Below are positions 21,364-34,400 of a stretch of 64,000 bases of DNA, one piece after another. Under the pieces are notes generated by a model, which saw only the letters and a program-made list of their open reading frames with translations, did no database searches and was not told the origin of the DNA. How positions within the stretch are numbered: position 1 is the stretch's first letter; each line of letters begins with the position of its first letter. The translations under genes and the position numbers were made by a program. The stretch covers positions 124,001 through 188,000 of the forward strand of contig JAYWIR010000049.1 of assembly GCA_036172245.1 (NCBI GenBank), written 5' to 3'. The stretch is from Raillietiella orientalis (taxonomy: Eukaryota).

Positions 21364-24300
21364 ATTTCAATCTCCGCCTTCTAACAGGTGAGCCGGAAAC
21401 ACAAGTGAACGCGATGAACGAGTTGTGCGCCGCCATGCGTGCGCGCAACTTGTTCGCAGGTTAGAGGGGAATGGACCGCAGCATCGACCACGTCTTTCTT
21501 GAAGCTGACCTGTGTTCACGGGTCGGCAAACGGGGGAGGGTTGCGTCGACGTTGTCGGACCATTCCCGGTTAATTTTCGAGATGTGGCCTCGTGACAAGG
21601 GACCGCCATCCAGGGATTTGGTGTCTGCCGGGGGACTGGACGGGACTCTCAGGTGCGAAGGAACACCTTCGCAAATTCCTAAGAGGCGTCACGCTCCAGA
21701 ACCTGTCCGATTGGGACCTTCTCAAGGCCTCGGTCCGGGAGTTCTGCGAGCAGATCTCCCTGGACCGCCTGCTCCCCGAATTCGGCGAGGGTCCCCGCAA
21801 CCATAGGGCCTATTTACAGGGCTGTAGTTACGAGAGAACTTCTAATGTCCGTTGCCTGGCCGAGGACCGCGCCGGGACCAAACAGCAAGCCTGGAAATCC
21901 GGGTCGGCCAGCTTGCTGGACGAGCAGGGCCGTGAATGTCCGTCCCCGGCGTCGGTACGGCATCTCGTGCGGAGTTATTATTCCTCCCTTAACGCCAGGG
22001 CGCCCCCGGATCAAGATGCTTCTCGGCTCTTTCTTCCGGATGGTGCGGCGGCAATAGGGAAGGAGGAGTCGTTAAGCCTCTATGAGCCTTTTTCTACCGG
22101 CGAAATTCTCGCCGGTATCAAAAGGCTGAAAAGGCGGAAAGCTCCAGGGGAAGACGGCTTGCCCGCGGAGTTCTATCAGAGCTTCGCGGAAGAGCAGGCG
22201 CTCCTGCGGCTTCAGCTGACAATGCTGATCCGTGACGGAGGCGGTGTTCCCGCCTCGTTTCGGTCAGCCAGAGTGAGGCTCCTTCCTAAAGGGGGAGACC
22301 TTAGGAATTTCAACAACTGGCGTCCGATCGCGATTGTAAATACGGACGCCAAGTTGGTTGCCAAGCTATGGGCTTCGCGTCTGGGGCAGGTGGCAGATTC
22401 CATAATTAGCCCGGAGCAGACATATGCTGTTCCCGGGCGATGTATGGATGCCAACCTCTTCTTCGCGAGCACATGGATGCACGCGCAGAGGTGTCAAAAG
22501 GAAGGGAAAGGAAAAATCGGCAACCCCACTTTGGGGCCGCCAGCATGGCAGGGAATGGACTCCCTGGTAGGAAAGGGGGCTTTAGCGCTCGCAGTCGATC
22601 TCCATCAGGCGTTCGACTGTATTGACCAGGCGCTTTTGTTGGAGCTCCTGGGTCGCATGGGCTTCCCACCCTCCTTGATTACATATTTGTGCTCTTGCTG
22701 GCGGAATACGATTATCTGCATCTTTTGCAGTAGTCAAAAGGTGTATGGCGTGCCAGTGCGGCGGGGCATACGGCAGGGAGATAGTCTCAGTCCCCTGCTC
22801 TTTAGCACCTACTTTGAGTTGGTGCTGAGAACGTACAGGGTGACTTTGGCCCCCTTGCCGAGCTCGTGCCCCGGCACGCCCGCCGTAAGTGTTTATGCCG
22901 ACGATCTTCTGCTCCTGTTACCTGAGTCCATCCCGGTGAAGGCGGTCGGAGTTTTTTTCGATTTCCTCAGCCGCGGGACCGGACTGCAGGATAACAGGGC
23001 AAAGTCGTCGGTGGTGCCCGTTGATGCGGCGTGGGCAGAACAGCAGGACTGAGTCTGTTTAGGGATTTCCACGGCGAGTTGCTTCAAGTACCTTGGTGTG
23101 CCGTTGGGGGACTTCTCCCCTGCGGAAGCGTGGTCCAGCTGCCTCCAAAAAGTCGAGACGGCGATGGGCCCGTTCCTGGAAGGCGAGTTTCACTTGCCGG
23201 AACGGGCCGCGGTTTGGAACGCCTTTGCGACCCATATCCTGCGCCCCTTTTTGTTTGCCCCGCCCCAGGAGTAGTTAAAAAGAGGACGAAGGACCTCCTC
23301 CGCATCGCACTTTGGGGCAAGTGGAGGCCCGAAGTCCCTTTGAAGGACCTTTGCGCTCCTTGTCGGGACGGCGGACTTAACCTCCTGACGCTGGAGCGCG
23401 TGAAGAAACAGCTGCGATGGCGTACCCTCGCAGCGAAGATGTGGAGCACCTCGTGGTGCATTCCGGCTCTCCTACTTGCCAGTCGTGTTTCCCGGTGCGA
23501 GGAACTCGCATCTTTTCTTCTGTGCCCCAGCAGGAAGATCAGAAGATGCGGCCTACAGCTGAAGCGCATGGCATCGTTAGCCACGGAGAACAGCTGGATG
23601 GTTTGCTGCCCCCCCAACTCCTCTGCCTGGCTGGAGGAGAACATCGGAACCTGGGCAGTGGTAAGCCAGAGAAGTCAGGTAACGTGGAATCGTCTCCGAT
23701 GCGGCCCCTATGCCTGCTGCACTCTGAGGAATCTCCTGGAGAATCAAGCTAGAAGCACGTAGGAAGAGACAACCTGCCTTGCTACGGCGCTGCCCTACCT
23801 GAGGAGGGCGCTTCACAGCAGTCGGACGCCATGGTGCAAGTCTCCTGCTGCATCGAGGGACGGGAGGAGAGAATGAGCGGCTGGACCATGGGTCAACTGG
23901 CGAACGCCACGACCCCTAGCGTGCATCCGCGAGAACTAAGAAGATGGGGCGAGCTGCTGGCCAACCCTACGGATGTGCTGAAGTGGCTCCCGGTAATGAA
24001 GGAATCCAGGATCCTGCCCCTTAAGTGGCAGGAGTCGGCGCTGCTACTGCTGCACTGGGGTTTACCCTGCAACGCACGCCGCTTCCACTGGACAAGAGGA
24101 GTTGTGGATCCTGCGCGTGTCAGGTGCGGAGAGCGGGAATCGCTCTCCCACCTTATTGTGGACTGTGCTGCCCTCCATCCCCTTTGGGAACGATTTCAGA
24201 CGACCCTCGGTCTTCCTACGGGCAGTTCCTCTAGAGACGTTCTTCGGCCCCTCTTCGTGAAGGACGCCCTGCAGCCAGCCGCAGCCCTCGCAGCCTTGTG

Positions 24301-24699
24301 CTGCGTCCGAGGCATCGTGGCGGCATGGAACGACACCAGCAAGTAAGGAGTGGGTCAACACGCGAGGGATGTCATCCCATATGCCCAACGCTTCTTGCGG
24401 AGAGCTGCTGGATGGCCCCAACTGGGGAATATACGGATGGACCTCGAGGGCTTCCTTCAACGGATGGGCCCTCCTCTCAGCGAACAGTGATCCCTTCCCT
24501 GCCCTCCAACCTCTTTTGTTTGTTTGTGTTTTTATTTTTACTTTTGTTTTTTCCCCATCCTTTTTCGCTGCCGGGGAATGCCACTCCGGGCAGCGTCCCT
24601 GCGTCCCGGTAGGTCCCGTGCATAAGGCCGTGAGCGGGGCCTGGTACCGCAATTGTAGAGTTTTTATTAATAAACGCATCGGGCGTACCCGGGTGGCAA
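21364..24699 (+). mobile_element. LINE 'B2', B-like ORF2 from the APE (G)DFN motif to the 3' end
   Basis: Colinear with B1 11423-14753; WRPI, DLHQAFD, QGDSLSP, YADD; ends aataaacgcatcgggcgtacccgggtggcaa. Confidence 0.92.
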
Positions 24700-27400
24700 C
24701 ACCAAATCCCCGAGGCAGGCGGTGCAAAGGGAAATCCTCGCAGAACTCTCAAACCGAGACCTTCATGCGGTCCCAGTCTTCGAGGTTGCGTAGGATGACG
24801 CCTCTCAGGAACTGACGGACATGTTCCGCCGCACCGGAGATGCGCGTCCAGTCCCCTGGCATACGCCACGCCCTGGATGGTGGTCCTTTGTCGCGTGGCA
24901 TAATCTCGATTATCAACCGGAAGTGGTCCGGTAGCGTCAACGGAAGTTTCCCTCGTCTGCCGACCCGTGGGCACAGGTCGGCGTCAAGGAAGACGTGGTC
25001 TACGCTTTGTTCAATTTCCGGTAGGTCCCCCAGGAAGTTGCGCGTAAGCATAGCGGCGAACAGCTCGTTGGTTGCGTCTTTTTGCCTGCAAGGCACACCT
25101 GAGAGCAGGCGAATGTTGAAATCTCCACCGATCAGATGTGCCTTGAGTACGTTTGTATCCGCCAGCCAGTCGCGCTTCACGGTTTCGAGGAACCGGGAAC
25201 GTTCCCCGTACCTGCGTCCTCCGCTTGGAGCGTACACATTAGTAACGACAAGTTCGAACGAGTCGGGCCACCTAAGGATAAGCTGGCCAACCCAACTGTT
25301 GTTGTCGAATCGTACGTCCTTGACGAAGGAAGCGACTGCTGGCCTCATAAAAAACGCGACGCCACAGGTGTTGCGAGCGCCGCATTGCCAAAACAGACGA
25401 CCCCCTGCGATCCTTTCGATCTCCTGGGCGTTCTCCGCGGTTATCACGTGGATCTCCTGCAGGAGTGCCAGGTCGAAGTCACGCAGGGTGTCGGCCGTGT
25501 CCCGCCTGTTGCCGTCATCGCGCAGCCCGTTGACGTTCCAGCAGGCTAAGCGTATCCTACGGCGACAGGCGAGTCCAGATGTTAATCCTGGGAAATTGGC
25601 AATGGGGCTCCCGCCACCTTGTCGGGCGGGACGCTAGGACGAGGGGGTGCGTCGCGCACCGCTTCTCCCTCCTCCATGGAGGGCGATTCGTCGTCGGGGC
25701 CTTGCAGAGGAAGTAGGGGTTCACCCACCTGCATATACTCCTCCAAGGGGGTCGCTAGCTGCACGGTGTCGGGGAATGAGATATTCCCACCCTCGCCTCC
25801 CACGCTGCCGGCTTCCCCCTCGGGGGCCGATTCATCCGCCTCCTTATTGATCCGGATGCGTTTCCTGGGATTCTGAGACTTACGTCCCCTCTTCTTTGGT
25901 GGCGCCTCCGCTGAAGAGGACGCACTTTCGACGTCCGGATCGGCCTCACCTGCCTCCGGAGCCTTCCTCGCGGCCGGCCTTTGCAAGGCTTTTCGCGAGT
26001 TCTTTTCACGGCCTTGCAGTTCAGCCGTGAGTTCTTCCACCGCCTGCTGGAAGGCGGCCTCCTCGATCGCGTCGAGCGCGTCGCGCGGTTCCCCCTGTGT
26101 TTCGCCAGAGGGTTCACCATCGACCGTCGCAACTTCGGCGAACGGAGGGGGGGGATTGCTCCCCCGGTGGCGGCATCGGGTGCCTCCACACGTTCTAATT
26201 TTACCGAACACGCGCGGAGCTTTTCGCGGCACGGTTTTTCGCGCTGCGTTTTTGTTTTCACCGCGTTTCGTTCGGGACTCCCGGGTTTTCTTCGTGGCTG
26301 TTCCGTCTGCCAGCCTCCGCCGTCACCAGCGTCGTCGGGAGTGTTCTCAACCGACGTTTGCTGTGAGGGCTTAGGGACTGGCATCTGGGTGTTTACAGCC
26401 TGTTTCTGTGTATGCGTCTCTCCCGTGCGTTTCCCCTTTGCCTTTTTGGCAGCGGATGGGGACGGGATTTCCCTTCTTAAGCACACCTTGCGGATGTGGC
26501 TCTTATTTCCACATAAGTGGCATTGGATGTTAGGGCACCGCTTTTTTAGATGCCCTGTAGCATCGCAATGGCCACAATACTTGGGCTTACCCACGTACCA
26601 AGCATCGACTTTTTCTTCGCCGATATTCAGTTTGTGGGGAAGCCCACCATTCTCTGGTAGGGTGACGCGGGCTGCGGCCATCCCACTGAATAGCCTTCCG
26701 TACGTTCGGAAGACATTGGGTTCGGCCCAATACGCGTGCACCCTACTATGCTTCGACAACTCCTCATGGACGTTAGTTTTGTCCATTCGGAGTGATACGC
26801 CTGTGAGGTGGACCACGACGGAGCGGTCCTCCGTCACAGGGAAGATCCTGCGGCCGTCCACTGTAATAGGGGTGTTCAGCAGTCGCTGCGCCAGACTCTC
26901 TTTGCATGTCAGCTCAACTCGCTGGCCCCTACTAAGGACGGATAGGCCTAAAAGGTCTTCCTCCCTCACGTTCAACCTTTGGAGCTCCATTTCGAAGGAG
27001 CGTGCAATTTTTTCATCAAACACACTGCCTACCTTATAGATCAGAAACGGCTTGTAGCCGCTGTCCTTGTATGCAGTCTGCTCCGCTACTGCAGCCGGGG
27101 ATGGTGCAGCAACGACGTCACTCCAACTCCTCGCCAATGGCGAAGAGGGTCGCGAAGAGGCGGTTGCCCTGATCCCGATGGGGCAAGTGCCCCGGATTCC
27201 GTGAGGGCGGATGCCCCCACTTTCATTGGTGGAGGTGAGCATGTCGCTTGTCCTCCTCCAACTTCCATTGCGGTGTCCTCAGGCATTTCTGCCATGGGAC
27301 ACCGGTGCTCCCACACACCAGACAACCAACGAAAAGCTTCCCACTAACCAGTCCGTGGAGCGATGCCAAACCACGTACGCTCCCTAGAACGCCACGGGGA
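24700..27400 (-). mobile_element. LINE 'D', 5' part (5' UTR, ORF1 ~27295-25582, APE), interrupted by B2
   Basis: CGHCDATGHLKKRC, CHLCGNKSHIRKVC; WNVNGL, NVYAP, GDFN, SVDH, LPDH; stops at LPRGFG. Confidence 0.92.
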
Positions 27401-27402
27401 AG

Positions 27403-28985
27403 TTTTCACCTGGTCACGCCGGGGCGTTTATTGCTAAACACTATGTTTTCGCGGTACGAGGCCCCGCTACGGCCAATAGTTCTTTGGACCTGCCGGGAAG
27501 CCGGCTCGCAGGCCGGCTTGACTCTCGTAGGCAGCGGAGGGGGTAGAGGGTAAAAACGAAAAGAAAAATAAAAGAAATAAACGAAAAGAAACTATTTGGA
27601 GGGCCGGGAAGGGATCACAGCCCGCTGGAGGAAGAAACCATCCTTTCGAGGATGCCCTCGAGGTCCCTCTTCATTGTTCCCAGATGGGACCAGCCGATCG
27701 CGCTTCGCAGGTATCGACCAGCGTTTACGATGGGATCCCTGTCGCTGCTTGCTCTGTTGGCTGCGCTCCACGCGGCCACAATCCCTCGGAGGCAGCAAAG
27801 TGCTGCCAGGGCTGAGGCTGGTGTAAGGGCGTGTCGCACGAAGAGGAGTCTCATAACGTCTCTGGGGGTGCTGCCTACCGGCATTGAAAGGTTCGTAGCA
27901 AAACGTTCCCACAAGGGCCGGAGGGCACCGCAGTCCACTAACAGATGGGGGATGGATTCCTTCTCCTTGCACACTGCACAGTTCTGTTTAACATTCCCCC
28001 ACGTCCAGTGGTGGCGGCGCGCGTTGCAGGGAAGACCCCAGTGCAACAACAACACCGCCGTTTCCTGCCACTTTAGGGGGAGGATTGATGAATCAATGAA
28101 CGACAGGGACCACTCTAGGTCATCCGTCGGGATGCCAAGCAGCTCGCCCCATCTCCGTAGTCCATGCGGGTGAATTCTTGGGGTCGCGGCGTCAGCCAGT
28201 TCCCTCATGGTCTACCCAGTCAGATCCTTCTCTTTGCCAGCTATCCGGCAGGAGACTTGCCATCTCGGCTTCCGAGTATTTTGCAGCGCCCTCCGTAGGA
28301 AGGGTAGCGCCGTGGCCAGTGGGGTCGTCTCCGCCCATGTGCTTCTGGCGGGACACACGATCATGTTCCGCAGCGTTTAGCGGGTGTAGATGTCGGTACG
28401 CAGGCCGTTGCAGGATTCTTCACTGATATTGTTTATCTTTGCCCACGTTCCAACTGTTTCTTCCAGCCATGCGCTGGAGTTGGCAGGGCTGCAGGTCATC
28501 CACGCGTTCTCCTTTGCCAGGGTGGCCATGCGTCCCAGGAGAAGTCCGCATCTTTTTTTTTTTCCGGCCGGGGAACAGAAGAAAAGACGCGAGTCCTTCA
28601 GTCCCGGACACACGTCTGGCGAGAAGGCGGGCCGGTACGCTCCACGGGGTGTTACACATTTTCGCTGCGATGGCTAGATTACGCCACCGCAGCTGTGTTT
28701 CCATTCGCTCCATCGTCAGTACGCTGAGACCTCCGTCCCGACGTGGAGCGCACAAGTCTTTTAGAGGCACACGAGGCCTCTCGCCTCCCCACAGGGCGAT
28801 ACGTAGGAGGTCCTTCGTTCTTTTTCTTAATTCACGGGGTACGGAGCAAACAAAAAGTAGGGGGCGAAGGAGGGGGGCCGCGAACGCGTTCCACACTGCG
28901 GTCCGTTCCGGCAAATGAAACTTGCTTTCCAGGAACGGGCCGATCGCTGACTCCACTTTTTGGAGACGACCTGACCAGGCTTCTG
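27403..28985 (-). mobile_element. LINE 'F', 3' fragment with complete 3' UTR
   Basis: ERTAVWNAFAAPLL, LKWQETAVLLLHWG, CAVCKEKESIPHLLVDC; ends aataaacgccccggcgtgaccaggtgaaaa. Confidence 0.9.
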
Positions 28986-29009
28986 ATGACAGAAGTCCCG
29001 GGGAAGTGT

Positions 29010-29611
29010 AAGGCCTGAGTGTGCGAGGTGTGACGAGCGGGAATCGCTCCCCCACCTACTTGTTGACAGTGCTGCCCTCCGAACCCTATGGGAACGGTTC
29101 GGGACGACCCTCGGACTCCCGGTAGGCAGCCAACCCAGAGACGTTTTCCGTCATCTCTCCGTGCGTGACGCCCTGCAGCCAGCCGCAGCCGTGGCAGCAC
29201 TCTGCTGCATCCGAGGCATCGTGGCAGCCTGGAGCGATGGACGCGACGGAGGATTGGACGCTATCGAGAGGGATGTCATCCCGTATGCGGTCTGCTTCAT
29301 GCGGAGAGCTACAGGATGGCCCCAGCTGGGTTCAATGCTGATGAACCTCGAGGGAATCCTGCGAAGGTTGCACCCTCCTCCCAGTGGAATGTGATCCCTT
29401 CCCCTCCCTTCAAACTCTTTTTGTTTTTTCTTTGTTTTTATTATATTTTTTGTTTTCTCCCACATCCCCCTCCACTGCCGAGGAGAGTCACGGCTGGCTG
29501 CGTCCCGGCGTCCCGGCAGGTCCGGTGTTGTTAGGGCGTTAGTGAGGCCTCGTACCAAGTCTTGTGAAGTTTTATTTTTTTAATAAACGCCCCGGTCATA
29601 CCCGGTTGAAA
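29010..29611 (+). mobile_element. LINE 'E', short 3' fragment
   Basis: CARCDERESLPHLLVD, ALCCIRGIV; ends aataaacgccccggtcatacccggttgaaa. Confidence 0.88.
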
Positions 29612-30509
29612 CCCACGGGAGTTGAAGAAACGAACGAAGGACCTCCTGAGAATTGCCCTCTGGGGAAGTGGGAGGCCCCGAATTCCGTTGAAGGACTTGT
29701 GTGCTCCATGTCGGGATGGCGGTCTCGGCCTCTTGTCGCTGGAGTGAGTAAAGGTTCAGCTGCCTTGGCGCACTCTGGCCATCGCAGCGATGTTATGGAG
29801 CGCCTCATGGTGCATTCCGGCCCGACTCCTTGCCAGCCGTGTATCTGGGACGGAGGGTCTCGCGTCTTATCTTCCGTGCAGTGGCTCGAAGATCAAGAGA
29901 TGCGAACTCCTCCTGGGACGCATGGCAACTCTGGCTGAGGAAAACGGCTTGATAGTATGCAGCCCGCCAACTCCTCCGCATAGGTGGAGAAGACAGCTGG
30001 TACGTGGGCGAGGATAAACGAGAAGAACGAAGAGATGTGGAACTGCCTGCGACGCGGCGCCTATTCCCGCTGCACTCTGCGGAGGATACTCCAGTGTCCC
30101 GCGAGAAGCACGTGTGCAGAGATAACCCCCCTAGCGACGGCGATGCCCTTCCTGAGGAGGGCGCTCTCCAGCAGCCACAAGCCTAGGTAGCAAATCTCCT
30201 GCCGTATCGCAGGCAAGGAGAAGCAGATGAGCGGCTGGTCCATGAGGGAACTGGCAGACTCCACGAGCCGAAGTGTCTTTTCTCGAGGATTAGTGAGATG
30301 GGGCGAGCTGCTCGGCATCCAGTGGGATGATTGGAAGTGGCCCCCGGTATTCATTGGTTCGAGGATCCTCCCCCTGAAGTGGCAGGAGTGGGCGCTTCTG
30401 TTGTTGCATTGAGGCTTACCCTGCAACGCACGCCGCCACCACTGGACCAGGGGTCGAGTGAATCCCGATTGCATCAGGTCTTGGGAGCGGGAAACCCTCC
30501 CCCACCTTG
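29612..30509 (+). mobile_element. LINE 'G', internal ORF2 fragment (C-like)
   Basis: PRELKKRTKDLLRIALWG...LKWQEWALLLLH...ERETLPHL. Confidence 0.85.
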
Positions 30510-31412
30510 CTTCGCTTTTCTGGCCGCAACAAGTTGCCAACCCTCTTCCCCTTCCATTACTTCGGAAGGTTTATTCTCCGGCTTTTGCGCCGGAGATTGA
30601 GGTGCTGGCAGCTTCTGCCTGACACTTTCCGCCTTAGGTCTTGCGATCTTCAAGCCACGTTTCCCCTGCGCTTTTTTGGCGGCAGGGGGAAGCGGAGTGG
30701 GGCGCTTATGGCACACACGCCGAACGTGGCCGTTCTCCCCGCACAGGTGGCACTGCATGTTAGAAAACCTCTTACGGAAGTGTCCCACGGCATCACAGTA
30801 GCTGCAATATCGTGGTTACCCCATGTACCAAAGGTCCACGCTTTCTTGCGCGAAATTCAGTTTGTGGGGAAGCCCATAATTCTCCTTTACGGTGACCTGC
30901 GCTGCAGCCTAACCACCAAAAACGCTATCGTAACCGTCGAAAATGGTGGGTTTGGACCACGGCGGCAGTCAGCGTTCAGCGGCATATGGATAAGGCCAAG
31001 GTGATATCTTTGCACACCCATACGACCCACTGCCCGCCGCTGAGGACGAAGAGGCCGTGAAGATCCTTCTCCAGTATGTCCGCCTCTAGCAGCGCCCTTC
31101 TAAAAACGCGTGCAGTCCGGCTGTCAAACAAGTAGCCTACCTGGTACACAAGCGATGGCTTGTACCCGGAGGCCTTGTATGCGGCCATCTCTGCCATGGC
31201 TTCCGCGCTGAGTGCGGCCACCATGGCGCTCCATGTCCTCGGAGAGGCCGGGGATGACTCCGGGGCGGATGCCCATTACGCAGTAGGCTGTAGGGGTGGA
31301 CATGCCTCCCCCACGCCTACTACCTTATCTGCAGCAAAGTGCGCAACCTGAAAAAAGAACAGGCTTCCACCTGGACATTTTGCTCCTAGGGGCACTGTGA
31401 GTGCCTTGCGGA
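30510..31412 (-). mobile_element. LINE 'I', internally deleted ORF1 fragment (B-like); 5' end approximate
   Basis: MAEMAAYKASGYKPSLVYQVG, CSYCDAVGHFRKRF, CHLCGENGHVRRVC. Confidence 0.82.
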
Positions 31413-34400
31413 TTCTTCGGTTTCCCTTGGATGTGCCGATTTCCCTTCAGGTCGATAGCTCACCTGAACTCCTTAACTAGCACTCCGGGTCTCCCGACAA
31501 AAAGCATTACAGGTGCCATGGAGATCAAAGGTAAATGCGCGAGCTCTGCTCTCGAGGAAGACGCGGCATGTAGAGTGGATCTACATGTAGTTCCCTGCGA
31601 ACAAAAAATGATCCCCCAAAGAAGAGGGAGAGTTCCTGGAACGGCTTTCCAAAGCTGAGAATGACCAAAAAGAGCGTCACCTATTCGGCAACTTGCTAGG
31701 AAAATTGACCCATCCAGAATACCTCACGAGCAACCGTGATCAATCCTGTCATAAGGCACTCAGCGGCTAGTTCGAATATGGCAAAGACGACAACGCAAAC
31801 AAACATCGGAAGGTGATTCTGAACTTAGCATGCTGGGAAATTCCGTCACAAATAAAATGGGAACCAGAGGCGCATGTCCGGGGAGGCTGGAAAACAGCGT
31901 CCCACCGCACGCGATTTCGACCCCGAGCTCGTAGCCGCTCCTTAAGGAACGCTTGGAATACTTTAAGTGAGATTTCTCGATTTCGAGAGGATGCATATTT
32001 GCGAAAATATTCGCCTAATATCCTGCTTTAACCTTAGGATTCTCAAAGAATACTGAAAGCTCGACTTATCAACTGCAAAGGATTTTGGGATGGAGTCCTT
32101 CCATCCTTCAAAATATCCTTCCCTTGCTATAAGGACCTTTCCACTCGTTCAGCTAGTATAAGAAAACAACTCCAGTCTGGTCACATTTACGCGCTTCCTT
32201 AGTTGAAAATACCGTATCCGTCCATGAGAACCGTCCATTTGCTTTTAAACCCGAAGATTCTCTTCCCGGTAGCTTGCGTGGACTCTGGCAGCGAGAAAGG
32301 GGAACCTGTACGAATCGCTGTCCCAACTCGGCATCCCGTGGAAAAAGAGTAACGCTAGGCCACATTTCAGTTTAGAGGGAAACAACTCAAAAATGGAAGG
32401 GGCAACTCACGTAGGAGAGCAGTGGATTGCCAGGGAGGGCGAACGAAAATTCCCAGTTCTACAGGGTACGCTGACAACGCAGAAGATGCGCAAAAGTCCA
32501 AACGGATTGCGGAAGAAACGAATCAGGGAACGAGACAAAACGAACAACCAAGCCAAAACCAAGGTAGAACATTCCCGAGCCTGCAACACGGTCCAGAGAA
32601 GGATGCCGAGTAGAGACAGCAATTCGCCCCACTGTAGGAAAATTCAAAATAAAGATTCCGCCAGTGTGGGTGACCGTTTGCAGCACCAAGGGCTGGGGGT
32701 TCAAATTACGCCAGGTAAAGGTGGATGTCGAAAACGGAGGAGTGCTGCGTCGGGAACTTAAAGTCTCTTGCAAGATGATGCAGATTGTCCTTGCTTGACT
32801 TCAAATGCGGCACTGGTATTAACCAGGTGTCCCTGTCGACTGGCAGGGATCGGAAGTAGAATTCCGGAGTTCAGCCAGCAATCAAAAAGACGGTTCCCTT
32901 CGAGGTTGTTCGTGTCCTGTTGTGAGAGTAAAGCCGAACATAGAGCTGGTGAATTCTCCTACTCGGCGGGTTGCCTATTCAGCGTGTGAAGCGCTCTGCT
33001 CCTTTCGGTGAGTGGGTCTTCAGATAAATTTAGGAGCGCTCCTTCGGGGTTCTCTTGAAAGTAGAATACAAGGAGAGATTCCTTTGCAGAATGCCTTCGG
33101 AGAAGAAACGAGAACTATCTTCCCATTGAGGACCGATTCAGAGAGATTAAGGAAGAAGGTTCCCTTAAAAGACAACCAGAGTAAAAGTTTTCCCTTCCGG
33201 ATTTCCCCCATGCGGCTATCCAAAAAAGTAGTAGCAGGAGGGAGGAAGTAGAAATAAAGTAAAACAAGACGAGAGGATAGAGGCGAAGGACTCTCTCTTT
33301 TAGTGGAGCTGGCGCTAAATGCTGGAGACCCCACTCCACCTCGAACGAGGCTTCGTCACGTAGTGCAGCATCTCCAGGCGATCACAGCGGCAGGCGTACG
33401 CCCGCCTGGCGTGAAGCGTTGTAGCAAATCGGCAGCAATTCACTCCGGGTGACGGAGTGCCCACTGGAGTCTCCACCAAAGGACTCCCAGGGCATCGCAG
33501 TCCAACAAGGGGTGGGGGCACCATTCGTTCGCCCTGCACCTCAAGCAGTTGGGCCCGGAAACCAAGTGCCTCGACTGAGTGCACTGGAATCCGCAGTGCA
33601 GTAGAGCAGCAGGACCGAAAGTAGCAGGACGATAATTTGCAAAGCCAACTGTTCTAATAACTCATGTAAACACACAAGTCCCCTTTCCATCTGTTTTCTA
33701 TCCGTTACCTATACTATAATGTCTCATTCTATGTTAAAAAAATAAATTAGAAGTTTATCAAAAATTAATCCTGGTATGATTCGTGGAATAACGCGAATTC
33801 AACTCTTCCGTTCAACCGCAACTGCTGGCAGCCAATTTGCAAAGTTTTCAGGCAACTACCAATACAGATTTTCCTTTGGAAATCGAAATTAAAAGCCACA
33901 CATTCATATATTTCTTTTTGGGGGGGAAAAATAATCGTATGCCTTTCATTACGCAACTACGTGACAAATCCTACCACGTAGAAGAAATGATGTAAATCCT
34001 TTTCGGTTCTTCTGCCTACCAGCTTTTCGTTTTCTCCTTTCTTGCCACCCAAAGAGTGCTGTAAAACCGTTCTCCTGTTTGCTAAAGCCTTGCAAATCAC
34101 TTCAAAGACTGTCCACACCTCCCGAGGGTATGTGACTCTCCAAGTTACAGGGTATCCTGTTAGGACCACCGCATGAATTTAAGAAGGCACCGCAGGAAGC
34201 AAACTCCATTCCTCTTACGCTTGAGATAGAAACCTTTACCCTGGTTGTCTGCGGAGGGAACTCGGGAGTGGGTGACTCCTCGTCTCTTCTCTGAAGGTGA
34301 CCCGGAGAAAAACTTAAAAGAAAGCAAGAACAAGAATTCGACTGGCTTCCAGTTGGGTCGTTTCTCTATGGAGAGACAGAGAACTATCCCGGTTAATTCA

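Noticed and set aside
3279..27039. Long antisense and alternate-frame ORFs over the LINEs (e.g. 10435-11409, 25981-27039)
   Set aside because: Shadow ORFs of GC-rich coding sequence with no recognisable motifs
28980..29015. Hammerhead core CTGATGA at the F/E junction
   Set aside because: No stem II followed by GAAA; single occurrence
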